The notes under the pieces were generated by a model. The model was not told the origin of the DNA and did no database searches. It saw nothing but the letters and a program-made list of their open reading frames with translations. Source: Dicyema japonicum (Eukaryota; Animalia; Dicyemida). From it: a DNA stretch of 64,000 nucleotides. The DNA is taken from the NCBI GenBank assembly GCA_011109175.1, contig RDEW01000070.1:104486-168485 (forward strand). The letters run 5' to 3'. Shown here piece after piece: positions 52,111 to 62,373 of this stretch. Positions within the stretch are counted from its first letter, which is position 1; every line of letters begins with the position of its first letter. The position numbers and the translations under genes were made by a program.

Positions 52111-55100
52111 TAAAAATTTCAGAAAGGAAGATATAAAGATTGGGGACTTCATACGTATAAAAAGAAACTTTGATAACAATCAACTGACAAAAAATTCCCA
52201 TTGGAGAGCTTTTTTGAGAGAGAGAAGAATACCAAGTGATTAAAGAGAAATTGCACTCTGTCATAGTAGAAAATTCTACAAAAAACAAATAGAAAATATC
52301 AAAGACCCGAATTAAAAAAATCAAAAATAATTAGATGTTTTTTACATTCCTTTATTTTCTCTTATGGATTTGGTTAAAGTCAATTTCTTGAATGGGTTAG
52401 GGTGAATTAAAATGGATTAGGATGTACTAGAGAATGAGTTAGGGTTAATTAGAGAAAGTGTTAGGGTGAAATATAGCATCGGTTGTGTCTATACATTCAT
52501 AAAGTTTATTTTATTGACAGAATACGATGTTCGAACTTTAATTAAATTGACTTGTAATTTTTATCCATAAATTTTCATTTTATTTTTGACATTTATATAT
52601 TACTACTATAAATTAATCTTTAGTTAAAAGCTATCCAAATTTTATTATACATAATTCAAATATGAATTTTTTAGGGTTGGGTATAATAATAATAATAATA
52701 ATTTTTAATAATTATGGTGGGGCCACTGGTGAAAAAAGTGGTGCCACTTGTGCTACAAGACGAAGAAATATACTACGAGTTTGAGTAACATACTTCAGGC
52801 CTAATGGAGATGTGATGAAAGATGCTTTGTTTGTTCAGATTCACATAGAAGATCGCAGTGTCCAGTTAAAAACAATAATAAGTTTTTTGAATTGTGATTC
52901 ATCCATCGACTTTGCCAATTATGGAAGATGTCCCAAGGCTGTTGAAGCTAACATAGCGAAAAAAAAACAAAATTGACCAAAAAGGAAAGAATCGAATGGA
53001 AAATTATCTCTAAAACGAGAAAATGCCCTTAATGGAGAAAGTGAAGTTTCCAAAATTGGAACGAATAAGAAATTAAAACTGGCTGGAATAGGACATATAG
53101 TAAGAAACATTCTAAAAAAGAAACAGTAGAAGCTTCAATACAGAGAAGAGAGGGCAGCCACCGAAAAAAAAACCAGAAGTAGTCAGGATAACCCTGATTA
53201 ATGCCCGTTCTCTTTGAAACGGGCCTCAGTGCTGGTTGCTATAGCCAGCACGATCCAGATGGAAGTTCTAATTATAAACGAAACTAAATTATGGAAGATG
53301 CCCAAGGCTGTTGAAGCTAACATTGCGAAGAAAAACAAAATTGACCAAAAAAGGAAAGAATCGAATGGAAAATTATTTCTAAAACGAGAAAATGCCCATA
53401 ATGGAGAAAGTGAAGTTTCCAAAATTGGAACGAATAAGAAATTAAAGTCAGAGTTTAGAATGTATGGGCAGACTGGCTGGAATACGACATATAATAAGAA
53501 ACCTTCTAAAAAAGAAACAGTAGAAGCTTCAACACAGAGAAGAGAGTGGTGCTCTTAAGAAGAGAGGGCAGCCACCGAAAAAACCAGAAGTAGTCAGGAT
53601 AACCCTGATTAATGCCCGTTCTCTTTGGAAACGGGCCTCAGTGCTGGTTGCTATAGCACGATCCAGATGGAAGTTCTAATTATAAACGAAACTAAATTGA
53701 AGCACATGGATTGGATTTAGCATCTGAAATTGATGACGAATACGAAAGAAAAACAAGAAGAATCGGTGATTTATTACATTGCTTGTGGAAACTCGCATTG
53801 TAATTGGGGCTTTTTACGGAGAAGAGACATACGGTGTCTCATGATAGTGCCCCGATATAGACGACCCTAAATTTTGGCTTTCCTCTTTAGTTAATGGCTC
53901 TTACCTTGTTTAGTTAGTTGGGGTTTTGCGAATAAATCATGTTATCTGTTATCTGTTAATAATAATAATTTTTATGGATTTTTTTATGGTTGGCTTTATT
54001 TTTGCAACCCTTAATTGCAGCATTTATTTCTTCCAGCGTTATAGGATGACACAAGGGACCATTATTATTATTAACTAGCCATTAACTAAAGAACTAGAAG
54101 AAAACCAGTGGTGCCACTAATGAAAAATTGGTGCCACTGGTGCTACAAGACGAAGAAATATACTACGAGTTGAGAAACATACTTCAAGCCTAATGGAAAT
54201 GTGTTGAAAGATGCCATGTTGGTTCTGATTCACATAGAAGATCGCAGTGTCCGGTTAAAAACAATAATAAGTCCTTTGAATTGTGGTTCATCCATCGACT
54301 TTGCCAATTATGGAAGATGTCCCAAGGCTGTTGAAGCTAACATAGCGAAAAAAAAACAAAATTGACCAAAAAGGAAAGAATCGAATGGAAAATTATCTCT
54401 AAAACGAGAAAATGCCCATAATGGAGAAAGTGAAGTTTCCAAAATTGTAACGAATAAGAAATTAAAACTGGCTGGAATAGGACATATAATAAGAAACATT
54501 CTAAAAAAGAAACAGAAGAAGCTTCAATACAGAGAAGAGAGGGCAGCCACCAAAAAAAAACCAGAAGTAGTCAGGATAGCCCTGATTAATGCCCGTTCTC
54601 TTTGGAAACGGGCCTCAGTGCTGTTGCTCTAGCCAGCGACATCCAGATGGATGTTCTAATTATAAACGAAACTAAATTATGGAAGATGCCCAAAGGCTGT
54701 TGAAGCTAACATTGCGAAGAAAAACAAAATTGACCAAAAAAGGAAAGAATCGAATGGAAAATTATTTCTAAAACGAGAAAATGCCCATAATGGAGAAAGT
54801 GAAGTTTCCAAAACTGGAACTAATAAGAAATTAAAGTCAGAGTTTAGAATGTATGGGCAGACTGGCTGGAATACGACATATAATAAGAAACCTTCTAAAA
54901 AAGAAACAGTAGAAGCTTCAACACAGAGAAGAGAGTGGTGCTCTTAAGAAGAGAGGGCAGCCACCGAAAAAACCAGAAGTAGTCAGGATAACCCTGATTA
55001 ATGCCCGTTCTCTTCGGAAACGGGCCTCAGTGCTGGTTGCTATAGCCAGCACGATCCAGATGGAAGTTCTAATTATAAATGAAACTAAATTGAAGCACAT

Positions 55101-55310
55101 GGATTGGATTTAGCATCTGAAATTGATGACGAATACGAAAGAAAAACGAGAAGAATTGGTGATTTATTACATTGCTTGTGGAAACTCGCATTGTAATTGG
55201 GGCTTTTTACGGAGAAGAGACATACGGTGTCTCATGAGAGTGCCCCGATAGAGACGACCCCCAAATCTTGGCTTTCCTCTTTAGTTAATGGCTCTTTAGT
55301 TAATAATAAT

Positions 55311-56770
55311 AATGGTCCCTTGTGTCATCCTATAACGCTGGAAGAAATAAATGCTGCAATTAAGGGTTGCAAAAATAAAGCACCAGGGTGGGATTTTATC
55401 CCAATGAGTATTTTCAAGAACGCAGGCCCAATTTTGATTGAGTGCCTAAAAATATTATATAATTCTTCTTGGAGTTTTGGTCATGTTCCAGCTTATTGGA
55501 AACGAACAATTGTACGCATGGTTGTGAAAAAAGGAAAGCCAAGGTCAAAAGCAGATAGTTATAGGCCAATTAGCCTAGTCTGCTCAATATCGAAAGTTAT
55601 GGAAAAAATTGTTTTCAATCGTCTATCAAGGCATGTTGAGGATAATAATTTTCTCTCTGATAATCAACTGGGATTTCGGCATAAAAAAGGGACTGGAGAT
55701 TGCTTTAAAGAGCTAAGATCTGCAATCGAAATTTCACGAAATAAAAAGGAATTTCTTACAATAGCATGTTTGGATATAACAAAAGCGTTTGACAGTGTTT
55801 GGCACTTTGGACTTGTTGATACGTTGTCAAAAGCAGAAATTGGGAAAACTGCGTTATTATGGATAGAAAACTTTCTTTCAAAAAGAAAGTCATATATACG
55901 TGTTGGAAATTTAATTTCAAAGAAAATTGAATTGCGAAGAGGAGTTCCACAGGGTTCAATTCTCAGCCCGCTACTCTTCAATTGCGTAATGAGAGATTTG
56001 CCAAAAACAGAGAGCGTAAATAGTCAAATGATTATTTATGCTGATGACATTCTTGTGCTTGATTCAAGCATGAATAAACAAATTTCATGGAAAAGGGTGG
56101 AATCCCATATTACTAAGATTGGAAAGTGGTGCCAAAACAATGGGTTGACTCTATCGAGGGAAAAAACAACAGTCACTTGGATTGCAAGTAAAAGAAAAAA
56201 TATTAATCAATGTGTGAATACTGGGGATATAAAAATCTCTGAAACATTGAAGTATCTCGGATTGTTGATAGACCGAAGAGGATCTTTCAAGGAACATATT
56301 AAAACACGAAGAAAGAAAGCTACAGGAATGTTGAAATCTTTAATTCGATTTCATTTGGAGCCTGAAACTTTTCTTTTTGTGTATTCGGCGTGTGTTGAAC
56401 CATTCTTGATATATGGTTATCAAGGATGGTTTAGAACAAAAGAAAGTGATGTCTTTGTCAAAAAATTGGAAAAGTCCAGAAGATTTGCGATTAAATTGGC
56501 ATATGGACTGGACTTAAAATCCAATATCGAAGAGGATTACGACCTGAAAGTCAGAAAGATAGAAAAATTATTACATCACTTATGGAAAATGTGATGTAAT
56601 TTTTGGGGTCCAAACGAAGTAGAGACATGTGGTGTCTCATAAAATGACCCTACACGATGAATACAAACCCACTTAATTAGTTTTGGTTCAGGTTTTGGTT
56701 TCTTTACAGTAATTAGTTTTGGGGTTTGTTAGAAAATAAAATTTGTCTTGTCTTTGTCAATAATAAACCT
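55311..56770 (+). mobile_element. I/Jockey-group reverse transcriptase, open frame (part of ORF 55197-56594), no endonuclease
   Basis: KAPGWD, YRPISL, QLGFR, CLDITKAFDSVWH, GVPQGSILSPLLFN, YADD, YLG. The RT begins straight after the (AAT)4 tail of the upstream module, and the ORF's TTG start lies in that module's 3' end. Confidence 0.85.
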
Positions 56771-58197
56771 GGTATTTTTGGTGCACTTGGTATTTTTAGG
56801 TGGTGCCACTGGTGAAAAAAGTGGTGCCACTTGTGCTACAAGACGAAGAAATATACTACGAGTTTGAGAAACATACTTCAGGCCTAATGGAGATGTGTTG
56901 AAAGATGCTTTGTTTGTTCAGATTCACATAGAAGATCGCAGTGTCCAGTTAAAAACAATAATAAGTTTTTTGAATTGTGGTTCATCCATCGACTTTGCCA
57001 ATTATGGAAGATGTCCCAAGGCTGTTGAAGCTAACATAGCGAAAAAAAACAAAATTGACCAAAAAGGAAAGAATCGAATGGAAAATTATCTCTAAAACGA
57101 GAAAATGCCCTTAATGGAGAAAGTGAAGTTTCCAAAATTGGAACGAATAAGAAATTAAAACTGGCTGGAATAGGACATATAGTAAGAAACATTCTAAAAA
57201 AGAAACAGTAGAAGCTTCAATACAGAGAAGAGAGGGCAGCCACCGAAAAAAAACCAGAAGTAGTCAGGATAACCCTGATTAATGCCCGTTCTCTTTGGAA
57301 ACGGGCCTCAGTGCTGGTTGCTATAGCCAGCACGATCCAGATGGAAGTTCTAATTATAAACGAAACTAAATTATGGAAGATGCCCCAAGGCTGTTGAAGC
57401 TAACATTGCGAAGAAAAACAAAATTGACCAAAAAAGGAAAGAATCGAATGGAAAATTATTTCTAAAACGAGAAAATGCCCATAATGGAGAAAGTGAAGTT
57501 TCCAAAATTGGAACGAATAAGAAATTAAAGTCAGAGTTTAGAATGTATGGGCAGACTGGCTGGAATACGACATATAATAAGAAACCTTCTAAAAAAGAAA
57601 CAGTAGAAGCTTCAACACAGAGAAGAGAGTGGTGCTCTTAAGAAGAGAGGGCAGCCACCGAAAAAACCAGAAGTAGTCAGGATAACCCTGATTAATGCCC
57701 GTTCTCTTCGGAAACGGGCCTCAGTGCTGGTTGCTATAGCACGATCCAGATGGAAGTTCTAATTATAAACGAAACTAAATTGAAGCACATGGATTGGATT
57801 TAGCATCTGAAATTGATGACGAATACGAAAGAAAAACAAGAAGAATCGGTGATTTATTACATTGCTTGTGGAAACTCGCATTGTAATTGGGGCTTTTTAC
57901 GAAGAAGAGACATACGGTGTCTCATGAGAGTGCCCGATATAGACGACCCCAAATCTTGGCTTTCCTCTTTAGTTAATGGCTCTTACCTTGTTTAGTTAGT
58001 TGGGGTTTTGCGAATAAATCATGTTATCTCTCTGTAATAATAATAATAACGAAGTAGAGACATGTGGTGTCTCATAAAATGACCCTACACGATGAATACA
58101 AACCCACTTAATTAGTTTTGGTTCAGGTTTTGGTTTCTTTACAGTAATTAGTTTTGGGGTTTGTTAGAAAATAAAATTTGTCTTGTCTTATGGAATA

Positions 58198-58523
58198 ATA
58201 ATAAAGCCTTTTCACGAGAGCCATAGTATTTTATAGCTCCGCATAGGCAGGACACACACTTTATTTAAGTAAAGAACAGTTAATTTTAACTAATCGTAGA
58301 ACCAAGGAATGATCTTCACTTCTTTTTTTTCTTTTTCTTGTGTGAGTGTCCTTTCTAGACAAATCCAGTTCCGCAGTGAGTATTCACTGATGACGGCGTC
58401 ACTCGTCAAACCATTTCTGCATCGTAGATGCGTGGAACCTTCCACCAGGTGAACAGCAGCGAGATTCGAACCCGTAGCCTAAGCCACTTAAGCCCGACAC
58501 CTAACCACTACGCCACCCGGCTG
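58198..58523 (-). mobile_element. tRNA-derived SINE, full length (~325 nt)
   Basis: The minus strand begins GCCGGGTGGCGTAGTGGTTAGG (A box) ... GGGTTCGAATC (B box), with no well-paired acceptor stem. Core and RTE-like tail follow, then (TTA)n. Confidence 0.85.
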
Positions 58524-59594
58524 AACCCCAACTAACTAAACAAGGTAAGAGCCATAACAGATAACATAATTTATTCGCAACTAGTGTTGGGTATGCAGAC
58601 GCGAAAATCATAACAGATAACATAATTTATTCGCAAAACCCCAACTAACTAAACAAGGTAAGAGCCATTAACTAAAAAGGAAAAAGCAAAATTTGGGGTC
58701 GTCTATATCGGGACACTCTCATGAGACACCGTATGTCTCTTCTCCGTAAAAAGCCCAAATTACAATGCGAGTTTCCACAAGCAATGTAATAAATCACCGA
58801 TTCTTCTCGTTTTTCTTTCGTATTCGTCATCAATTTCAGATGCTAAATCCATGTGCTTCAATTTAGTTTCATTTATAATTAGAACTTCCATCTGGATCGT
58901 GCTGGCTATAGCAACCAGCACTGAGGCCCGTTTCCGAAGAGAACGGGCATTAACCAGGGTTATCCTGACTACTTCTGATTTTTTCGGTGGCTGCCCTCTA
59001 TTCTTAAGAGCACCACTCTCTTCTCTGTGTTGAAGCTTCTACTGTTTCTTTTTTAGAAGGTTTCTTATTATATGTCGTATTCCAGCCAGTCTGCCCATAC
59101 ATTCTAAACTCTGACTTTAATTTCTTATTCGTTCCAGTTTTGGAAACTTCACTTTCACCATTATGGGCATTTTCTCGTTTTAGAAATAATTTTCCATTCG
59201 ATTCTTTACTTTTTTGGTCAATTTTGTTTTTCTTCGCAATGTTAGCTTCAACAGCCTTGGGACATCTTCCATAATTGGCAAAGTCGATGGATGAACACAA
59301 TTCAAAGGACTTATTATTGTTTGTAACCGGACACTGCGATCTTCATATTGAAGAACATGAAATTTATTTAAATCAGAAAACCATATTTACAGTAAATCAT
59401 ATTTAAAACTGCCTTCCATCCAAAGTGGACCCCGCCGACATTATCGACGTTGCGTTGTCTCTCACGATTGCAACAGAGATCTTTTAAAATACGGAAATAT
59501 TGGATTATTAATTCTTGGAATGCTGCGTAATAATTTATTAGAAATTAAAAAAAAAAATTATTAATAGCTGAAAAGTAAATGAAGAATCTTAATG

Positions 59595-59790
59595 AGCCGT
59601 TGGTCCAATGACGGCTGAATTCTTGCAAGAACTCGGAGGATTGCTTGCCAGAAAGAAAAGGGATCAACGAGAAGGTTATGGCTAAGACAAAAGATTGGAA
59701 TAGCCATACTCCGAGGGAACTCGTTCGCAATCCACGCAGCAGGCTTCCTCAACTGATATTTGTTTAATTGTTAAAAAAAATTTAATTTCA
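59595..59790 (+). mobile_element. CRE second-subfamily 3' end
   Basis: Nearly identical to ~19327-19515. Confidence 0.85.
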
Positions 59791-61432
59791 AAAAAAAATA
59801 AAAATAAATATATTATTAAATTTATTTTAACAATTTTAACAATTTATTCATTATTTTTTAATGACGAATTAAAAAAAAGACTATCTAGTTCTTCAGTGAA
59901 ACATAAAAGCAACTGTTTTTTAAAATCGTAAAAATTGATTGATGCAACTAAATGTTACACTCATAAAATAGATTGTTTTATAAAATATTGAACTCCGTAT
60001 TTTCATCAATGATGGACAAAATCCAGATAGTTCACTTAATGTTCATTACGGTTGAAGGTTCTACGCATCTACGATGTTTCTTGAATTGACGAGTAACGGT
60101 GTAATCAGTGAGAAACTTGATTATTTTCAGAAATTCACGCGTAACTAAACTATTCTAATTATCAAATGAAGTGAAGAAAATTCAATTCATAAACTGTATC
60201 AATTTTTGTCATTTTTCTTGCAATCAATGTAAAAATTTGAAAATATAAAAGCAAGTTTTTGTGAATTCAGGTAGAGAATTGTTATGATTAGCCAAAAGCA
60301 TAAATTAAACTACTAGTAACAATACGTCCATAAGCTTTGAAATTTTTGTTCGCACCTGGACAATGAACACCTCATTTCAGAAAAAGGTCAAATAATGAAA
60401 AAATCACTTCTCTTGTTGGAAAAGCTGATAATAAAAAGATAATATTTTATGACATCCTGCATCATCAAGTAATAATAATATTTTTCTTTGTTGAGTAACC
60501 AATTTAAAAATGTTCCCAGTCATCCATGCACTTTTGAAAGCTGAATATAAAACACCCAAATCTTTAACATCGAAATTTTTGAAACAGCGAGATTTATTAC
60601 TTTTCCCAATCCTAATTTTTTAATGATTGGCCCTGATATTGGAAAATTATGTTCTCCGAGTTTCTGGAATATTTCAAATATTTGGTGATCAAATAATTTA
60701 TGCCTTTCTGATGTTGGTGCCCCGGTTTGGGGCTCCAGAAAATTTCCAAATTTGGAAATTAATGCTGAAAAATAAACTCCAAATGAAAAATGCGGGGTGC
60801 TCCACCGCCGGAGTGTTCCCCGAAACGGGGTCGGAATGTATATTAATCTGAATTTTATTTTGAAAATTGATTTTTAAGCTGTGGCATAGGTTTTATTAAA
60901 AAACCAAAAATTGGCGACAAAATAAAAAGGGAATGGGACGTAAGGTGATCCCGGACTTCTTACGCAGCCGTCTCATTTTTTATCTATTTCCCTCCGAGAG
61001 CCGACACACTTTTATATTTATATACACATCTTGAAAAGGATTAATTTGTTAATCCTAACTAAAGTTTATTTTTCGTTAATTCGACAATTTTTAATTAATG
61101 TGTATTTATTTTGTAAAAAAAATACAAAATTGAATAATTATCTGTAAAATAAAAACTTGTTAAATTTCTCTAATTGCATTTTACTCACAGAAGGTGAAAG
61201 GGCAAAATTCTCTAATTACATTTTACTCACAGAAGGTGAAAGGGCAAAATTCTCTAATTAAATTTTCAAAAAATTATGTTGAATCCGATTAAACGCCAAA
61301 TCTTTGACGCTTCTGACGTTAGAAATTATATATATCCGTATTTTTATATCCGCTTTAGCGAGCTAGAAGCGAAGCACACTGCGCTGATAATTGTAATTAT
61401 AATTTGGATATTGTAAGATAAATAATTTTGAT

Positions 61433-62373
61433 ATGAAAAATCAAATATTATATTATCGCTTTAAAAAAAGATTCGTCCTGATTTTTTTAATTTTGTTGAC
61501 TGCGATTTATTTTTTTAAATCTTTCAGTGAAACTAAGTCGTATAAAATTTATAACGTTACCAAAGAGAAAAATGAAAACGAGATTTTGTTGGTCAGTGCT
61601 TGTTACGACATTGGAAAAGTCGCAAAATATGGCTTTACTCGTAAACCAACAGATTATTATATCCTGATGGAAAATTTTTTCTACATAAAAAACCACTTGT
61701 GTTTTATTCAGATGATCAGAGTATGCTTAATTACGTGAAGGCGATCAGAAAAGATCTTCCTACAACTCTGATATACTTGGATAGAAAAGAACTGATTGGT
61801 TTTAAAAATATTGATGAAATAAAACATATCTTCACCCTTCCTGGGTTCGGTAAATTTTTTTTGGAGACTGCAAATTATAAATACGCTGCAATCGTGAATT
61901 CTAAGGTTGATTTTCTAAAACGAACTATCAAACTCTTCTCAGACAAATTTTCATATATTGCTTGGATTGATGCTGGTTATTTGCGTCAAGAAAAGTTCAC
62001 AAAAGAGGTAATGTTAACAAAATCAAAGTTCATTGATGATAAAAGCATGACTACTAGTATAATTGTCCCTTTCCATGATTATTCAATGGAAAAAATTATT
62101 AAAGGAGCATCAGTCTGGATTCCAACAGGCTTTTATATCGGGCAGATCAATCTAATTAACGAATTTTGTGAAGCTTACGAAAGATTCTTTTACGAACTAT
62201 TATCGAGGAAGTTAATTGCAACTGATGAACAAGTCCTGTACTCCATGTTTACGACCGAGGGACTTAAATTAAGGAGTGATTCCGTTAAACTGAATATATT
62301 TCATTGTAATTATTTCGGACTTATTTCACTCTTAACAAATGTTTCAACGGCGAACTCCTGTCATTCCTTATAA
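61433..62373 (+). CDS. HtrL/YibB-family putative glycosyltransferase, copy 3 (one apparent 1-nt frameshift at ~61697)
   Basis: ORFs 61433-61738 and 61699-62373 join into a full-length paralogue if CACTT is really CACCTT. Same anchor and AWIDAG/TDEQ motifs as copy 2. Confidence 0.78.

Larger units (their letters stand above)
52718..59345. repeat. Composite array of internally deleted I-group LINE modules: three forward units (~52718-53960, ~54105-55310, ~56795-58050) and one inverted unit (~58525-59345)
   Basis: Each unit has a gag end with CCHC remnants (CFVCSDSH..SQC; LNCGS..FANYGRCP), an APE start (RITLINARSL...VLIINETKL) and a 3' end with a (TAA)n tail. Forward units carry a ~0.4-kb internal duplication. 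Confidence 0.8.

Noticed and set aside
52385-52475. TTAGGG telomere-like hexamers
   Set aside because: Only three dispersed copies, not tandem. Probably part of a transposon end.
58440-58523. tRNA gene on the minus strand
   Set aside because: A and B boxes are present, but the acceptor stem pairs poorly and the sequence continues into a repeated core and LINE-like tail, so it is a SINE head.
58715-58745. Hammerhead ribozyme-like CTCATGA-stem
   Set aside because: The catalytic core is wrong (CTCATGA rather than CTGATGA, and no GAAA after the stem). Better explained as the LINE 3' stem-loop.
52718-59345. CRISPR-like or DGR-like repeat system beside an RT
   Set aside because: The repeats are 0.4-1.2 kb LINE fragments with no unique spacers, no cas genes and no adenine-specific variation, and the RT is a non-LTR type in a eukaryotic context.
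61168-61260. Two-copy tandem duplications (42 bp here, 31 bp at ~39480-39540)
   Set aside because: Simple local slippage duplications with no spacer or evidence of function.
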